Under the pieces are notes generated by a model. The model saw nothing but the letters and a program-made list of their open reading frames with translations. It was not told the DNA's origin and made no database searches. DNA of 45,285 bases from assembly GCA_964201275.1 (NCBI GenBank), contig CAXNDQ010000001.1, positions 1-45,285 of the forward strand, given 5' to 3'. Positions 29,272 to 37,560 of this stretch are shown here, in pieces (the stretch's first letter is position 1; every line of letters starts with the position of its first letter). Both the position numbers and the translations under genes were made by a program. Source of the DNA: Candidatus Planktophila sp. GTDB lineage: Bacteria > Actinomycetota > Actinomycetes > Nanopelagicales > Nanopelagicaceae.

Positions 29272-30350
29272 CGCGCGCTCTTTTCTGTTAACGACTTTTC
29301 AAAACTTTCCAAATCAGGGAAGAGTTCGCCAATTTGGCAAACCACATCTCCAGTAGTGACAGGTGAATATCCTCTAACCAAAGCGACTGTTCCACTGCGG
29401 CTTGCTCGCACCTCTACTACTTGATTCTCAGCGCTCTTAAAGTTATGAATCAAGCCGACTAAATCTCCAGCTTCGACTTTCTGATGTAGATCGACTCGAT
29501 TCTCATAAATACCATCCACCGAGGCGCTGGCAAATGAGATGGAATAATCTCGGGAATCGATAATTTTTCCATGATGATCTATGGAGTCTGCGTAAACGCT
29601 GGCAGCGACATCTGCTCCGACATAAACGCCCATACCGCGAAGATAGTTCTCTAGTCCGCTACTAATCACCGCCATAGATTGCGCTGTAGTGACTCCAGAA
29701 CCGCCAAATTCGCCGGTTGCGACCGCTTTACCTTGTCGAACTACATCACCTGGCAGAAGCGAATCTGGGTTGGTAGATGGTTGTTCTCCGCCCAGGAGAG
29801 TGAATTCGCTCTTACACATAAGCGACTGTCGGAGCATTTCTTTTCGCAATTCGAGATTTGAAACCCAGACCATGGTGATACTTGGAATGAAGTGCATACT
29901 GCGTCCACCGCTGTGCATGTCGATTACTGAATCACAGGTAGGGAATAAGTCATTCGATAGGAAATATGCGAGTTTTTCTGCGATTGTTCCATCTACTTTT
30001 CCAGGAAAAACACGATTGAAGTTTTGTCCATTTGGCCAAAGCCGTGTGCCAGCTGCAGATGCCAGACCAGATAACACCGGAATAATTAAAACTTCACCTT
30101 TCACATCTGCAACTTCTAGACGACGAGCAAGATCTAAAGCTGCAATCTGTCCTTCATACTCATCACCGTGATTACCCGCTAGGACTAATACTCGCGGCCC
30201 GCTGCCGTTTTTTACCGAAGTTATAGGCACAGTATGGTGGGCCCAGCCGCTGTTATTGGTCGAGTCGCCAATTTGAATATATCCACTGCGCTTTCCTACA
30301 AAATCACTTGATGTATTGAGATCAAAGGTGCAATTGGCGGTGAGTGACAT
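29268..30350 (-). CDS. Succinylglutamate desuccinylase/aspartoacylase family deacylase (DoeB/EutE-like), copy 2
   Basis: AGNHGDEYEG, NFNRVFPG, DMHSGG, GEFGG. Tandem paralog of copy 1. Confidence 0.88.
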   Translation of the reverse strand: MSLTANCTFDLNTSSDFVGKRSGYIQIGDSTNNSGWAHHTVPITSVKNGSGPRVLVLAGNHGDEYEGQIAALDLARRLEVADVKGEVLIIPVLSGLASAAGTRLWPNGQNFNRVFPGKVDGTIAEKLAYFLSNDLFPTCDSVIDMHSGGRSMHFIPSITMVWVSNLELRKEMLRQSLMCKSEFTLLGGEQPSTNPDSLLPGDVVRQGKAVATGEFGGSGVTTAQSMAVISSGLENYLRGMGVYVGADVAASVYADSIDHHGKIIDSRDYSISFASASVDGIYENRVDLHQKVEAGDLVGLIHNFKSAENQVVEVRASRSGTVALVRGYSPVTTGDVVCQIGELFPDLESFEKSLTEKSAR

Positions 30351-30434
30351 GGCTAAAGGTTAGTGATTTTTCAAGCAAAATTAAATGCTTTTTTAAATAA
30401 TTTTCTTGAACTCAAACTCCACATCAGGAATTCA

Positions 30435-30463
30435 TTGACCTCAAATTGCACAACTGTTAGGCT
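30435..30463 (+). promoter_or_regulatory. SigA-type promoter of the rid-SDR-enolase-SDR unit
   Basis: TTGACC (30435-40), 17-bp spacer, extended -10 TGtTAGGCT (30455-63). Confidence 0.65.
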
Positions 30464-30486
30464 GAGATATCAGTCATTTTCGCCAT

Positions 30487-30509
30487 ATTTGAGCCTCAAA
30501 GGCTCAAAT
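30487..30509. repeat. Perfect 10-bp inverted repeat in the rid 5' leader
   Basis: ATTTGAGCCT-CAA-AGGCTCAAAT. Confidence 0.8.
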
Positions 30510-30529
30510 TTCTGAATGGGAGTTTGTTA

Positions 30530-30922
30530 ATGGGAGAAGTCAGACGCGTCGATGGAAATCGCCCTTGGGCACCAATTGTTGGATATTCCAGAGCGGTAAG
30601 AATTGGAAATCTCATCGAAGTTGCTGGAACAAGTTCCACCACGCGAGATGGCAAAGTTATGTTTCCAAATGATGCCTACGGTCAAACGAAATATATTTTC
30701 GAAGAGATCGAAAGAGCTGTGCACGAGTTAGGCGCAACTTATAACGATGTAATTCGCACTCGTGTATACATGACTAACATTGATGATTGGCAAGGAGTTG
30801 CAAAAGCACATGGCGAATTCTTTGCCAAAATTCTTCCTACCTCATCCTTCGTTGAAATCAGTCGACTAATGCTCCCTGAACTTTGCATTGAAGTAGAAAT
30901 GACCCTGTACTTACAAGACTAG
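30530..30922 (+). CDS. RidA/YjgF/UK114-family protein
   Basis: W...VGYSRAVR, VAGT, IEVE. Has Ser (PTSS) at the position of the catalytic Arg of RidA. Start at ATG 30530, SD GGGAG. Confidence 0.88.
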   Translation: MGEVRRVDGNRPWAPIVGYSRAVRIGNLIEVAGTSSTTRDGKVMFPNDAYGQTKYIFEEIERAVHELGATYNDVIRTRVYMTNIDDWQGVAKAHGEFFAKILPTSSFVEISRLMLPELCIEVEMTLYLQD

Positions 30923-30936
30923 TACTTACAAGATTA
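30907..30936 (+). repeat. 15-bp tandem duplication of the rid gene 3' end
   Basis: GTACTTACAAGACTA followed by GTACTTACAAGATTA, reading YLQD-stop YLQD-stop. Confidence 0.85.
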
Positions 30937-30989
30937 ATTCCTTAGTCCCTTATCAATTCCTATAACCTAGAATTTTAAATCGGAGAAAA

Positions 30990-31772
30990 ATGAATCGCAG
31001 AGATATTGAACATGACACAGTCGTAGTTACTGGTGGCACTAGTGGCCTCGGCTTCTCTTGCGCACAACGCGCGATGCGTGATTGGCCAGATCTGCATGCA
31101 GCCCTGCTGGATATGAAAGAGGGACGCATTGAAGAATTAGAGAAGGAATTCGGAAAAGATCGTGTTAAGTTCTTCAAAACAGATGTAACTGATTACCAAT
31201 CGATTCAAGATTCTTTTGCCGGCACTATTGCTTGGCGCGGTGGTTTCTCGGCCTTAATTGCAGCCGCGGGATATGCCACAAATAAATCAAGTATTGAAAC
31301 CACTCCTGAAGAGTGGAGAGCGATGATCTCTTGCCATCTCGATGGCACCTTCTTCGCCAATCAGGCTGCCGGTCGATTCTGGTCAAAGAGCGGGCGCCCT
31401 GGCGCAATCGTTAACTTCTCATCCGTTTCGCACATCTTTGGCTGGCCACGCCGCGTTTCTTACGCTGCAGCCAAGGCTGGAATCGATTCGATAACTCGCA
31501 CTCTCGCTGTCGAGTGGGCCGAGTTTGGAATTCGTGTAAATGCCGTTGTTCCTGGCTACATCAATACTCCACTCCTTGAAGAGGGGCTCAAGTCAGGGCG
31601 AGTAGATCCGTCAATTAGAGAAATGCATGCAATGGAACGCTTTGGTGAAGCTGAAGAAATCGCTGCCGGTGTTAAGTTCTTGCTATCTAATGATGCCAGC
31701 TACATAACTGGTGAAATGCTCACAATCGATGGTGGATTCACACCTCGCAGAATTCCGTGGAACCGTGATTAA
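30990..31772 (+). CDS. SDR oxidoreductase
   Basis: TGGTSGLG and YAAAK. SD GGAG. Confidence 0.9.
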   Translation: MNRRDIEHDTVVVTGGTSGLGFSCAQRAMRDWPDLHAALLDMKEGRIEELEKEFGKDRVKFFKTDVTDYQSIQDSFAGTIAWRGGFSALIAAAGYATNKSSIETTPEEWRAMISCHLDGTFFANQAAGRFWSKSGRPGAIVNFSSVSHIFGWPRRVSYAAAKAGIDSITRTLAVEWAEFGIRVNAVVPGYINTPLLEEGLKSGRVDPSIREMHAMERFGEAEEIAAGVKFLLSNDASYITGEMLTIDGGFTPRRIPWNRD

Positions 31773-32898
31773 TTCACTCGCGCAAGGAAAAGGTGCGATC
31801 CCAAAGATAAAGAACCTTTCGGCTCGCCGAATTATTTTAAATCTGCCCGAGCCAGTTGTGCTCGGACAATATGTAATCCGTTCACGCGGATTTGCGATTG
31901 TCACAGTTGAGTTAGCAGATGGAAGTAAGGGGCAAGCTTTCTCACTCGATCGCGGCACCCCTGTTGCTGACACTGTTAATACGCTGATTGCTGAGCCATA
32001 TAAAGAGATCTTTGATGGCGATCCGATTAATACTTTCGATGCCATATTGCGGAGAATGAGCGCGCCGCTTTCTTCTGGTGCATCACTTCGCGGACTTTCA
32101 CTCGTTGATATTGCAACACACGATGCTGTTGCGCGCCATAAAGGCACAACCGTTGTAGAAAGTTTCGGAAAGAAAGAGAAAGACCACCCAAAGTGGGCAG
32201 TTGTTGGATACCCGCCTTCACGTGGACCCGAAGATATCGCTTGGGAAGTTGAAGCAGCCGTTGCTGCTGGCGCCGTTGGCGTGAAGTTACCTGTCGGTGC
32301 AAGTCCGAAATTAACGCGCGAGCGCATTGAAGCGGCGCTAGCCACAGGTCTCTGCGCAGTCTCAACTGATCTAGCTTGGTCTTGTCGCACCGCAAAAGAA
32401 GCGTACGAGATCGTTAAAGGTTTAGATCTTGCCTGGGTGGAAGATCCATTTATCCCAGGCAGTATCGCTGAATTAGTTGAACTACGTCGCCTCCTCGATG
32501 TTCCACTTTCAAGTGGCGATGACGAGACGCATCTCTATCATCCGCAAGCATTTATTGAAACGGGCGCACTTGATATGTTGCGAATAGATGCAACATGCCA
32601 GGGCGGCTTATCTCGGATGGTCTTGTTAAATGAGTACATGGCCAATAGCAAGTTAGCTATTTCTTGGCACGTTTATGATGCAATCCATCACCAGATTGCC
32701 TCAATCATTGATTCGCCAACTTTCTCAATCGAGTACTCAGCACCAGGTGCCAGCGTTGATCCATTGGCTGAAATGATTCTAGATCGCCGTCAATCTGGTC
32801 ATACCCACGATGGCAAAGGATTTAGATTGGCCGTCCCTGATCTACCTGACCTATCAGATGCACTCGCTGGGCCACCACGTTGGGTGAACTTAAAATAA
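31765..32898 (+). CDS. Enolase-superfamily (mandelate racemase-like) protein, copy 3, divergent
   Basis: SLVDIATHD, GVKL, acidic ligands TD, EDP and GDDE, then WH. Start uncertain (GTG 31765 or ATC 31798). Confidence 0.78.
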   Translation: MINSLAQGKGAIPKIKNLSARRIILNLPEPVVLGQYVIRSRGFAIVTVELADGSKGQAFSLDRGTPVADTVNTLIAEPYKEIFDGDPINTFDAILRRMSAPLSSGASLRGLSLVDIATHDAVARHKGTTVVESFGKKEKDHPKWAVVGYPPSRGPEDIAWEVEAAVAAGAVGVKLPVGASPKLTRERIEAALATGLCAVSTDLAWSCRTAKEAYEIVKGLDLAWVEDPFIPGSIAELVELRRLLDVPLSSGDDETHLYHPQAFIETGALDMLRIDATCQGGLSRMVLLNEYMANSKLAISWHVYDAIHHQIASIIDSPTFSIEYSAPGASVDPLAEMILDRRQSGHTHDGKGFRLAVPDLPDLSDALAGPPRWVNLK

Positions 32899-32925
32899 TC
32901 TAACGACAAGAAGCAAGGAGCTTTA

Positions 32926-33687
32926 ATGGCTAACCAAGCACCCGTCGTACTAATCACCGGAAGCGCCCACGGTATTGGCTTTGCAACTGCCCAAAAGTTC
33001 TTTGCAAATGGTTACAACGTTGCAATCTCTGATCTAAATGAGGGCGATATTGAAGCAGCGCTTAAAGAGTTAGATCCATCCGGTGATCGAAGTATCGGCG
33101 TTAAAATTGATGTCACCTCGCGCCAAGATATAGAAGCAGGCGTTGCAAATCTTGTCGCTAAATTTGGGCGGCTGGATGTGCTGATTAACAATGCCGGTAA
33201 TTTTAGGCAAGGCGCAACCGAGACTTACAGTGATAGCGATTGGGATCAAATAACTTCTGTTCATTTAGACGGTGCATTTAAAGCATCTCAGATCGCTTAT
33301 CCCCATTTGAAGAACTCCCCCGCTGGAGCAATCGTTTCTATTTCATCTATCGCCGCGCGCGTTGGTCTGCCAAAGCGCGCTTCCTACAACGTTTCAAAAG
33401 CGGGTATTGAAGCGCTGACTAGGACTCTGGCAGTTGAATGGGCAAGCGATGGAATTCGCGTAAATGCGGTTGCACCCGGTTTTACCGAAAGTAGAAATAT
33501 GAAGGACCTTGAGGATAAGGGCCTTACAACGCCGGCGAAATTACTGGCAGCGATTCCGCTGGGACGCTTTGCCAAGATGAGCGAGCAAGCAGCAGCTATC
33601 TATTTTCTCGCATCAAGTGAAGCATCATTTATTACCGGACAAACTCTGGTCGTCGATGGCGGGACCACCATCGACGTCAGAATTTAA
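32926..33687 (+). CDS. SDR oxidoreductase
   Basis: TGSAHGIG, NNAG, YNVSK. SD AAGGAG. Confidence 0.92.
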   Translation: MANQAPVVLITGSAHGIGFATAQKFFANGYNVAISDLNEGDIEAALKELDPSGDRSIGVKIDVTSRQDIEAGVANLVAKFGRLDVLINNAGNFRQGATETYSDSDWDQITSVHLDGAFKASQIAYPHLKNSPAGAIVSISSIAARVGLPKRASYNVSKAGIEALTRTLAVEWASDGIRVNAVAPGFTESRNMKDLEDKGLTTPAKLLAAIPLGRFAKMSEQAAAIYFLASSEASFITGQTLVVDGGTTIDVRI

Positions 33688-33689
33688 AG

Positions 33690-34493
33690 TTACTTCTTTA
33701 ACTTTGCCCGAGCGGCTTTTCCAAGCTCGCCTGGAATAGATGCAAGAAGCATTTTGGTGTAATCCTCTTGCGGATCATTAAAGACTGTCTCGGTATCTCC
33801 GGATTCAACAAAGACGCCATCTTTCATCACATATACCCGCTTGGTTAGGTAACGGATAACGCCAAGATCGTGCGAGACCAAGACAATTGCTAGGCCATCA
33901 TTTAAAAGTCCTAGGAAGAGTTTTAATAGTTGTGCTTGCGCGCTCTGATCAATTGCTGACGTTGGTTCATCGGCAAGTAGAACTGATGGGCTAGCAGATA
34001 AGGCACGCGCCACACTAACTCTCTGGCGCTGACCGCCGGAAAGTTGGCGAGGTTGCTTGAGAGCATCGAGTCTTCCGATACCCATTCGTTCTAAGAGTTC
34101 AAGCGCTTTCTGTTCGGCTTCATCTTTGCCAACTTTGGCGTGAAATCTAACCGCTTCTGCTACAGCAGAAAGCCCATTTAGTTGTGGGTTAAGGCTGCCA
34201 TACGGATCCTGAAAGACCATTTGCACTTGGTTTCGGTTACCGCTTTGGAATGACTTATTGCCTTTAAATACATTATCGCCACGGAAGCGAATTTCACCGG
34301 CTGAAGGTGGTTGCAGGCCGGCCATAACGCGAGCAAGGGTCGATTTTCCGGAACCAGATTCGCCTACGATTCCAATTGGTTCACCTTCGTGCACTGTTAG
34401 CGAACAATTCTTCACTGCTTCAACAGAGTTTGAACCAGAGCCGAAAGTAACGCTTACATTTTCTACTTCCATTAATACATCGCGTTTACTCAT
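33690..34493 (-). CDS. Peptide/opine/nickel-type ABC transporter ATPase (OppF/DppF-like)
   Basis: GESGSGKS, VFQDP, LSGGQRQR, ADEP, SHD. Confidence 0.93.
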   Translation of the reverse strand: MSKRDVLMEVENVSVTFGSGSNSVEAVKNCSLTVHEGEPIGIVGESGSGKSTLARVMAGLQPPSAGEIRFRGDNVFKGNKSFQSGNRNQVQMVFQDPYGSLNPQLNGLSAVAEAVRFHAKVGKDEAEQKALELLERMGIGRLDALKQPRQLSGGQRQRVSVARALSASPSVLLADEPTSAIDQSAQAQLLKLFLGLLNDGLAIVLVSHDLGVIRYLTKRVYVMKDGVFVESGDTETVFNDPQEDYTKMLLASIPGELGKAARAKLKK

Positions 34494-35479
34494 CAGATTT
34501 TTCCAATCTTATCGGCGTGAAGACATGCGCTTTGGTGGTCACCTTTTTTACCAGATAACGCTGGATGATCACCAACAAGACAATCTGGTTGGACATAATC
34601 ACAACGTTCGGCGAAGCGACATCCTGGATTCCATTGGCCAACTGAAGGTGGATTTCCCTTGATGGTTATAAGTTCGCCACCTGGCTTTGCCACATCGATA
34701 CGAGATGAGTTAAGCGCAACTGTGTAAGGGTGGCGCGGCTTTGCCATGCTTGAAGTTGGACCAACTTCAACCGTAGCTCCAGCGTGCATCACAACTATCT
34801 TGTCGCAAACCTCATCGACAAGCGCTAGATCGTGTGAGATAAGGATGATTGCGGTACCAAGATCGCGGCGAATTTCACGGAGAAGTTCCATGATTTGAGA
34901 TTGCACCGTTACATCAAGACCAGTCGTTGGCTCATCTGCAATGAGTAACTTTGGTCTGCTAGCAAGGGCGCAAGCGATCATTACGCGCTGTCTCATTCCA
35001 CCTGAGAGTTGATACGGATACTGCTTCATAACCGTGTCAACGCGGCGAATTTTTACGAGATCAAGAAGTTCCTTAGATCGGTTCTTCATAGAACCTTCAC
35101 CATCAACTTGCGAAAGCGCTTCTGCTAACTGCTTTTCGATCGTTAAGACCGGGTTTGGTCCGGCGAGTGCGCTCTGAGGAACGTATCCAATGACTTTTCC
35201 GCGAAGTGACTTCCACTTAGCTTCATTGATCGTTCTTAAATCAAGTCCTTCAAAGAGAACTTCTCCGCCAATCACAGATGCGCCACGACGTTGCAACGTT
35301 CCGATTATTGAGCGACAGATCATTGTCTTTCCAGAACCAGATTCGCCGACGATGCCGACCATCTCGCCGTAATTAACATCGAAGTTAGCTTCGCGTACGA
35401 GAACAAGAGTCTCGCGCTTACGGCGTTCGATACCAATGGCTACGTTATTTATATCAAGGAGTTTTACATCAGAAGTCAT
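34493..35479 (-). CDS. Peptide/opine/nickel-type ABC transporter ATPase (OppD/DppD-like)
   Basis: GESGSGKT, LSGGMRQR, ADEPTT, HPYT, Cys-rich tail GCRFAERC. Start moved to ATG 35479 (ATGA overlap with the permease). Confidence 0.93.
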   Translation of the reverse strand: MTSDVKLLDINNVAIGIERRKRETLVLVREANFDVNYGEMVGIVGESGSGKTMICRSIIGTLQRRGASVIGGEVLFEGLDLRTINEAKWKSLRGKVIGYVPQSALAGPNPVLTIEKQLAEALSQVDGEGSMKNRSKELLDLVKIRRVDTVMKQYPYQLSGGMRQRVMIACALASRPKLLIADEPTTGLDVTVQSQIMELLREIRRDLGTAIILISHDLALVDEVCDKIVVMHAGATVEVGPTSSMAKPRHPYTVALNSSRIDVAKPGGELITIKGNPPSVGQWNPGCRFAERCDYVQPDCLVGDHPALSGKKGDHQSACLHADKIGKI

Positions 35480-36303
35480 CGCTGATTGCCCTCGCCAATT
35501 CTCTTGGTTAGACCTTCGGAGAAGACCGCTACCGAAATTCCTGCCCAGCAAATTGCAAGTCCAGGGAAGACCGCTCCCCACCAAGCAAGGGTGATGATAT
35601 TTGCACCATCTTTAATCATTGCACCCCATTCAGCCTGTGGCGGATTAACACCTAGGCCGAGGAATGAGAGCGCCGCAACAGCGATGATCACGATAATGAA
35701 GTCGCTCAGCGCGTAAGCGCGTGTTTCAGATGAAACATTGGGAATGATATGGCGGAAGAGAATTCGTGAAGGTTTATAACCAAGCGTTCTTGCTGCTTCT
35801 ACATAGCCTTGTTGGTTAACCACCACGGCTCTTGTTCGAGCAATACGTGCATAACGCGCCCAGTTAACGAGTGAGAGCGCAAGAATGATGCTTCCTAAGC
35901 CTGCGCCAAGGAATGCAACAAGTGCGATCACGAAAATCAAGAATGGGAAAGCATTAATGCCGTCGATCAGTGATCCGATAAATGAATTAATTTTGCGATT
36001 ACGTGAAATACCAAGCAAAGTTCCAATAATGGTTCCAACCGCTAACGGGATTAATACCCCGGCAAATGCCGTTCCAATATCGATAAATACCGCATCGAAG
36101 ACACGCGCAAAGACATCTCGACCCAGCATGTCTGTACCAAAGAAATGATCACGGCTCGGTGACATTAATTGCTCGGCACTAATTTCATTAGCATCGTACT
36201 TACCAAACCAAGGAATTAGCAGTCCGGCGAGTAAAAGCGCAACCATCATTCCAGCGCCGATAATTATTGCGAAGGTTCCTTCTGCTCTGACTTTTTTACT
36301 CAT
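35476..36303 (-). CDS. ABC transporter permease (OppC/DppC-like)
   Basis: FGTDMLGRD, EAA loop YVEAARTLG, LSFLGLG, EWG. Confidence 0.93.
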   Translation of the reverse strand: MSKKVRAEGTFAIIIGAGMMVALLLAGLLIPWFGKYDANEISAEQLMSPSRDHFFGTDMLGRDVFARVFDAVFIDIGTAFAGVLIPLAVGTIIGTLLGISRNRKINSFIGSLIDGINAFPFLIFVIALVAFLGAGLGSIILALSLVNWARYARIARTRAVVVNQQGYVEAARTLGYKPSRILFRHIIPNVSSETRAYALSDFIIVIIAVAALSFLGLGVNPPQAEWGAMIKDGANIITLAWWGAVFPGLAICWAGISVAVFSEGLTKRIGEGNQR

Positions 36304-37319
36304 GAAAGAGTCACTCTCCGATCAAGTAAGTAACCGAGCAGATCTCCAATAAAGCTGGTGAAGACAACAATTAATCCGAAGATCATCACGATTCCTTGAA
36401 CAATGGCATAGTCGCGGGTACTCACCGCCTCAATCAACTCTCTGCCAATACCAGGGAGCGAGAAGATCATCTCCATAACAACGGTGCCGCCGATCATTAT
36501 GCCGACCATATAACTGATCAAGACAACTGTTGGTGCAAGTGATGGGCGAAGCATGTATGACCAATAAAACTTCAACTTTCCAACTCCGCGAATAACTCCA
36601 GTTTCCACAAATTCTTCACCGAGGGTATCCATCAAAGAGCTATGGAGTACACGAGAGAGAATTGGAACGAGTGAGAAGCAATTAACTAGGGCAGGTAGCC
36701 AGAGGTATTTGAGGTTACTTGGGAAATTACCCTCGTAGCCTGCCGCCGGCACCCAAGTTACTACCGTGCCAAATAATAAAAGACCAAGCAGTGCAAGAAA
36801 GAAGCCCGGTATAGCAAGTGAAATAGATGTTGAAGTGCGGAAAAAATAGGTAAATATCGGGCGGCGGCTTAGCGCAACAGATAGTGCGATTGGAATTGAA
36901 ATTATCACTGCCGCTCCCATTGAAAGGAGGATGATCATCAAAGTAACTGGAAGATGCATTGCAACGACTTCAGTCACTTCACGTTGTGAGAAGAATGAAG
37001 TGCCAAGATCACCGCTGAAGATGCCTGTGAAGTAATCGTAGAACTGGACGAAGAAGGATTGATCCAGCCCATATAGCTTCTTCATCTCAACTACCGCTTC
37101 TTCGGTGGCATCTGTTCCAAGCGCCAAGCGGATTGGATCTCCTGGGCTAAAACGAAGTAGCGAGAAGGCGATAAACATTACCCAAAATGAAACTACTAAA
37201 GATCGAATAAATCTGCCCATTAGTGTGCGGCGAAGCGCAATGCGATTTTTATCGGGAATTTTTTGTTCGACTGAAATTTCCTCAGCCGGTAATCCTGGAT
37301 CTATCGTTGATGAGGCCAT
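36300..37319 (-). CDS. ABC transporter permease (OppB/DppB-like)
   Basis: PGDP, GDLGTS, E.IFSLPGIG, RDY.IVQG. Confidence 0.93.
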   Translation of the reverse strand: MASSTIDPGLPAEEISVEQKIPDKNRIALRRTLMGRFIRSLVVSFWVMFIAFSLLRFSPGDPIRLALGTDATEEAVVEMKKLYGLDQSFFVQFYDYFTGIFSGDLGTSFFSQREVTEVVAMHLPVTLMIILLSMGAAVIISIPIALSVALSRRPIFTYFFRTSTSISLAIPGFFLALLGLLLFGTVVTWVPAAGYEGNFPSNLKYLWLPALVNCFSLVPILSRVLHSSLMDTLGEEFVETGVIRGVGKLKFYWSYMLRPSLAPTVVLISYMVGIMIGGTVVMEMIFSLPGIGRELIEAVSTRDYAIVQGIVMIFGLIVVFTSFIGDLLGYLLDRRVTLS

Positions 37320-37333
37320 TGTTAACGTTTCCA
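37320..37333. promoter_or_regulatory. Candidate LacI-family operator TGTTAACGTTTCCA
   Basis: 12/14 match, directly abutting the ATG of the OppB-like permease. Confidence 0.65.
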
Positions 37334-37460
37334 GTCCTTGTCACAGTTGGCCAATCTTGAGATTGGGCGGTTAGTTAAATGATATGTAAAACCCTGTGTT
37401 GCGTCTATAAATTACCGCGGGGAATATTTTAATCGTTTTTATTTTAATAAATTTTGCTAA

Positions 37461-37504
37461 ATAAATCTGAGGGAAGGACCTTTCGATCCCTCCCTCAGAT
37501 TTAT
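37461..37504 (-). terminator. Intrinsic terminator or stabilising hairpin after the solute-binding protein gene
   Basis: Minus strand ATAAATCTGAGGGAGGGATC-GAAA-GGTCCTTCCCTCAGATTTAT: about 20-bp stem, GAAA tetraloop, U-rich end. Confidence 0.8.
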
Positions 37505-37526
37505 AACTAGCTTTTACCTACTGCTA

Positions 37527-37560
37527 TTACCTTTTCTTAGCGCTTACTTCTTCTTTGCGC
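37527..37560 (-). repeat. 17-bp imperfect tandem duplication of the SBP gene 3' end
   Basis: Minus strand GCGCAAAGAAGAAGTAA then GCGCTAAGAAAAGGTAA (14/17), reading AKKK-stop then AKKR-stop. Confidence 0.7.

Noticed and set aside
31683-32390. 235-aa antisense ORF and the many other short nested ORFs in the track
   Set aside because: They lie within or opposite well-supported genes and show no family motifs or translation signals.
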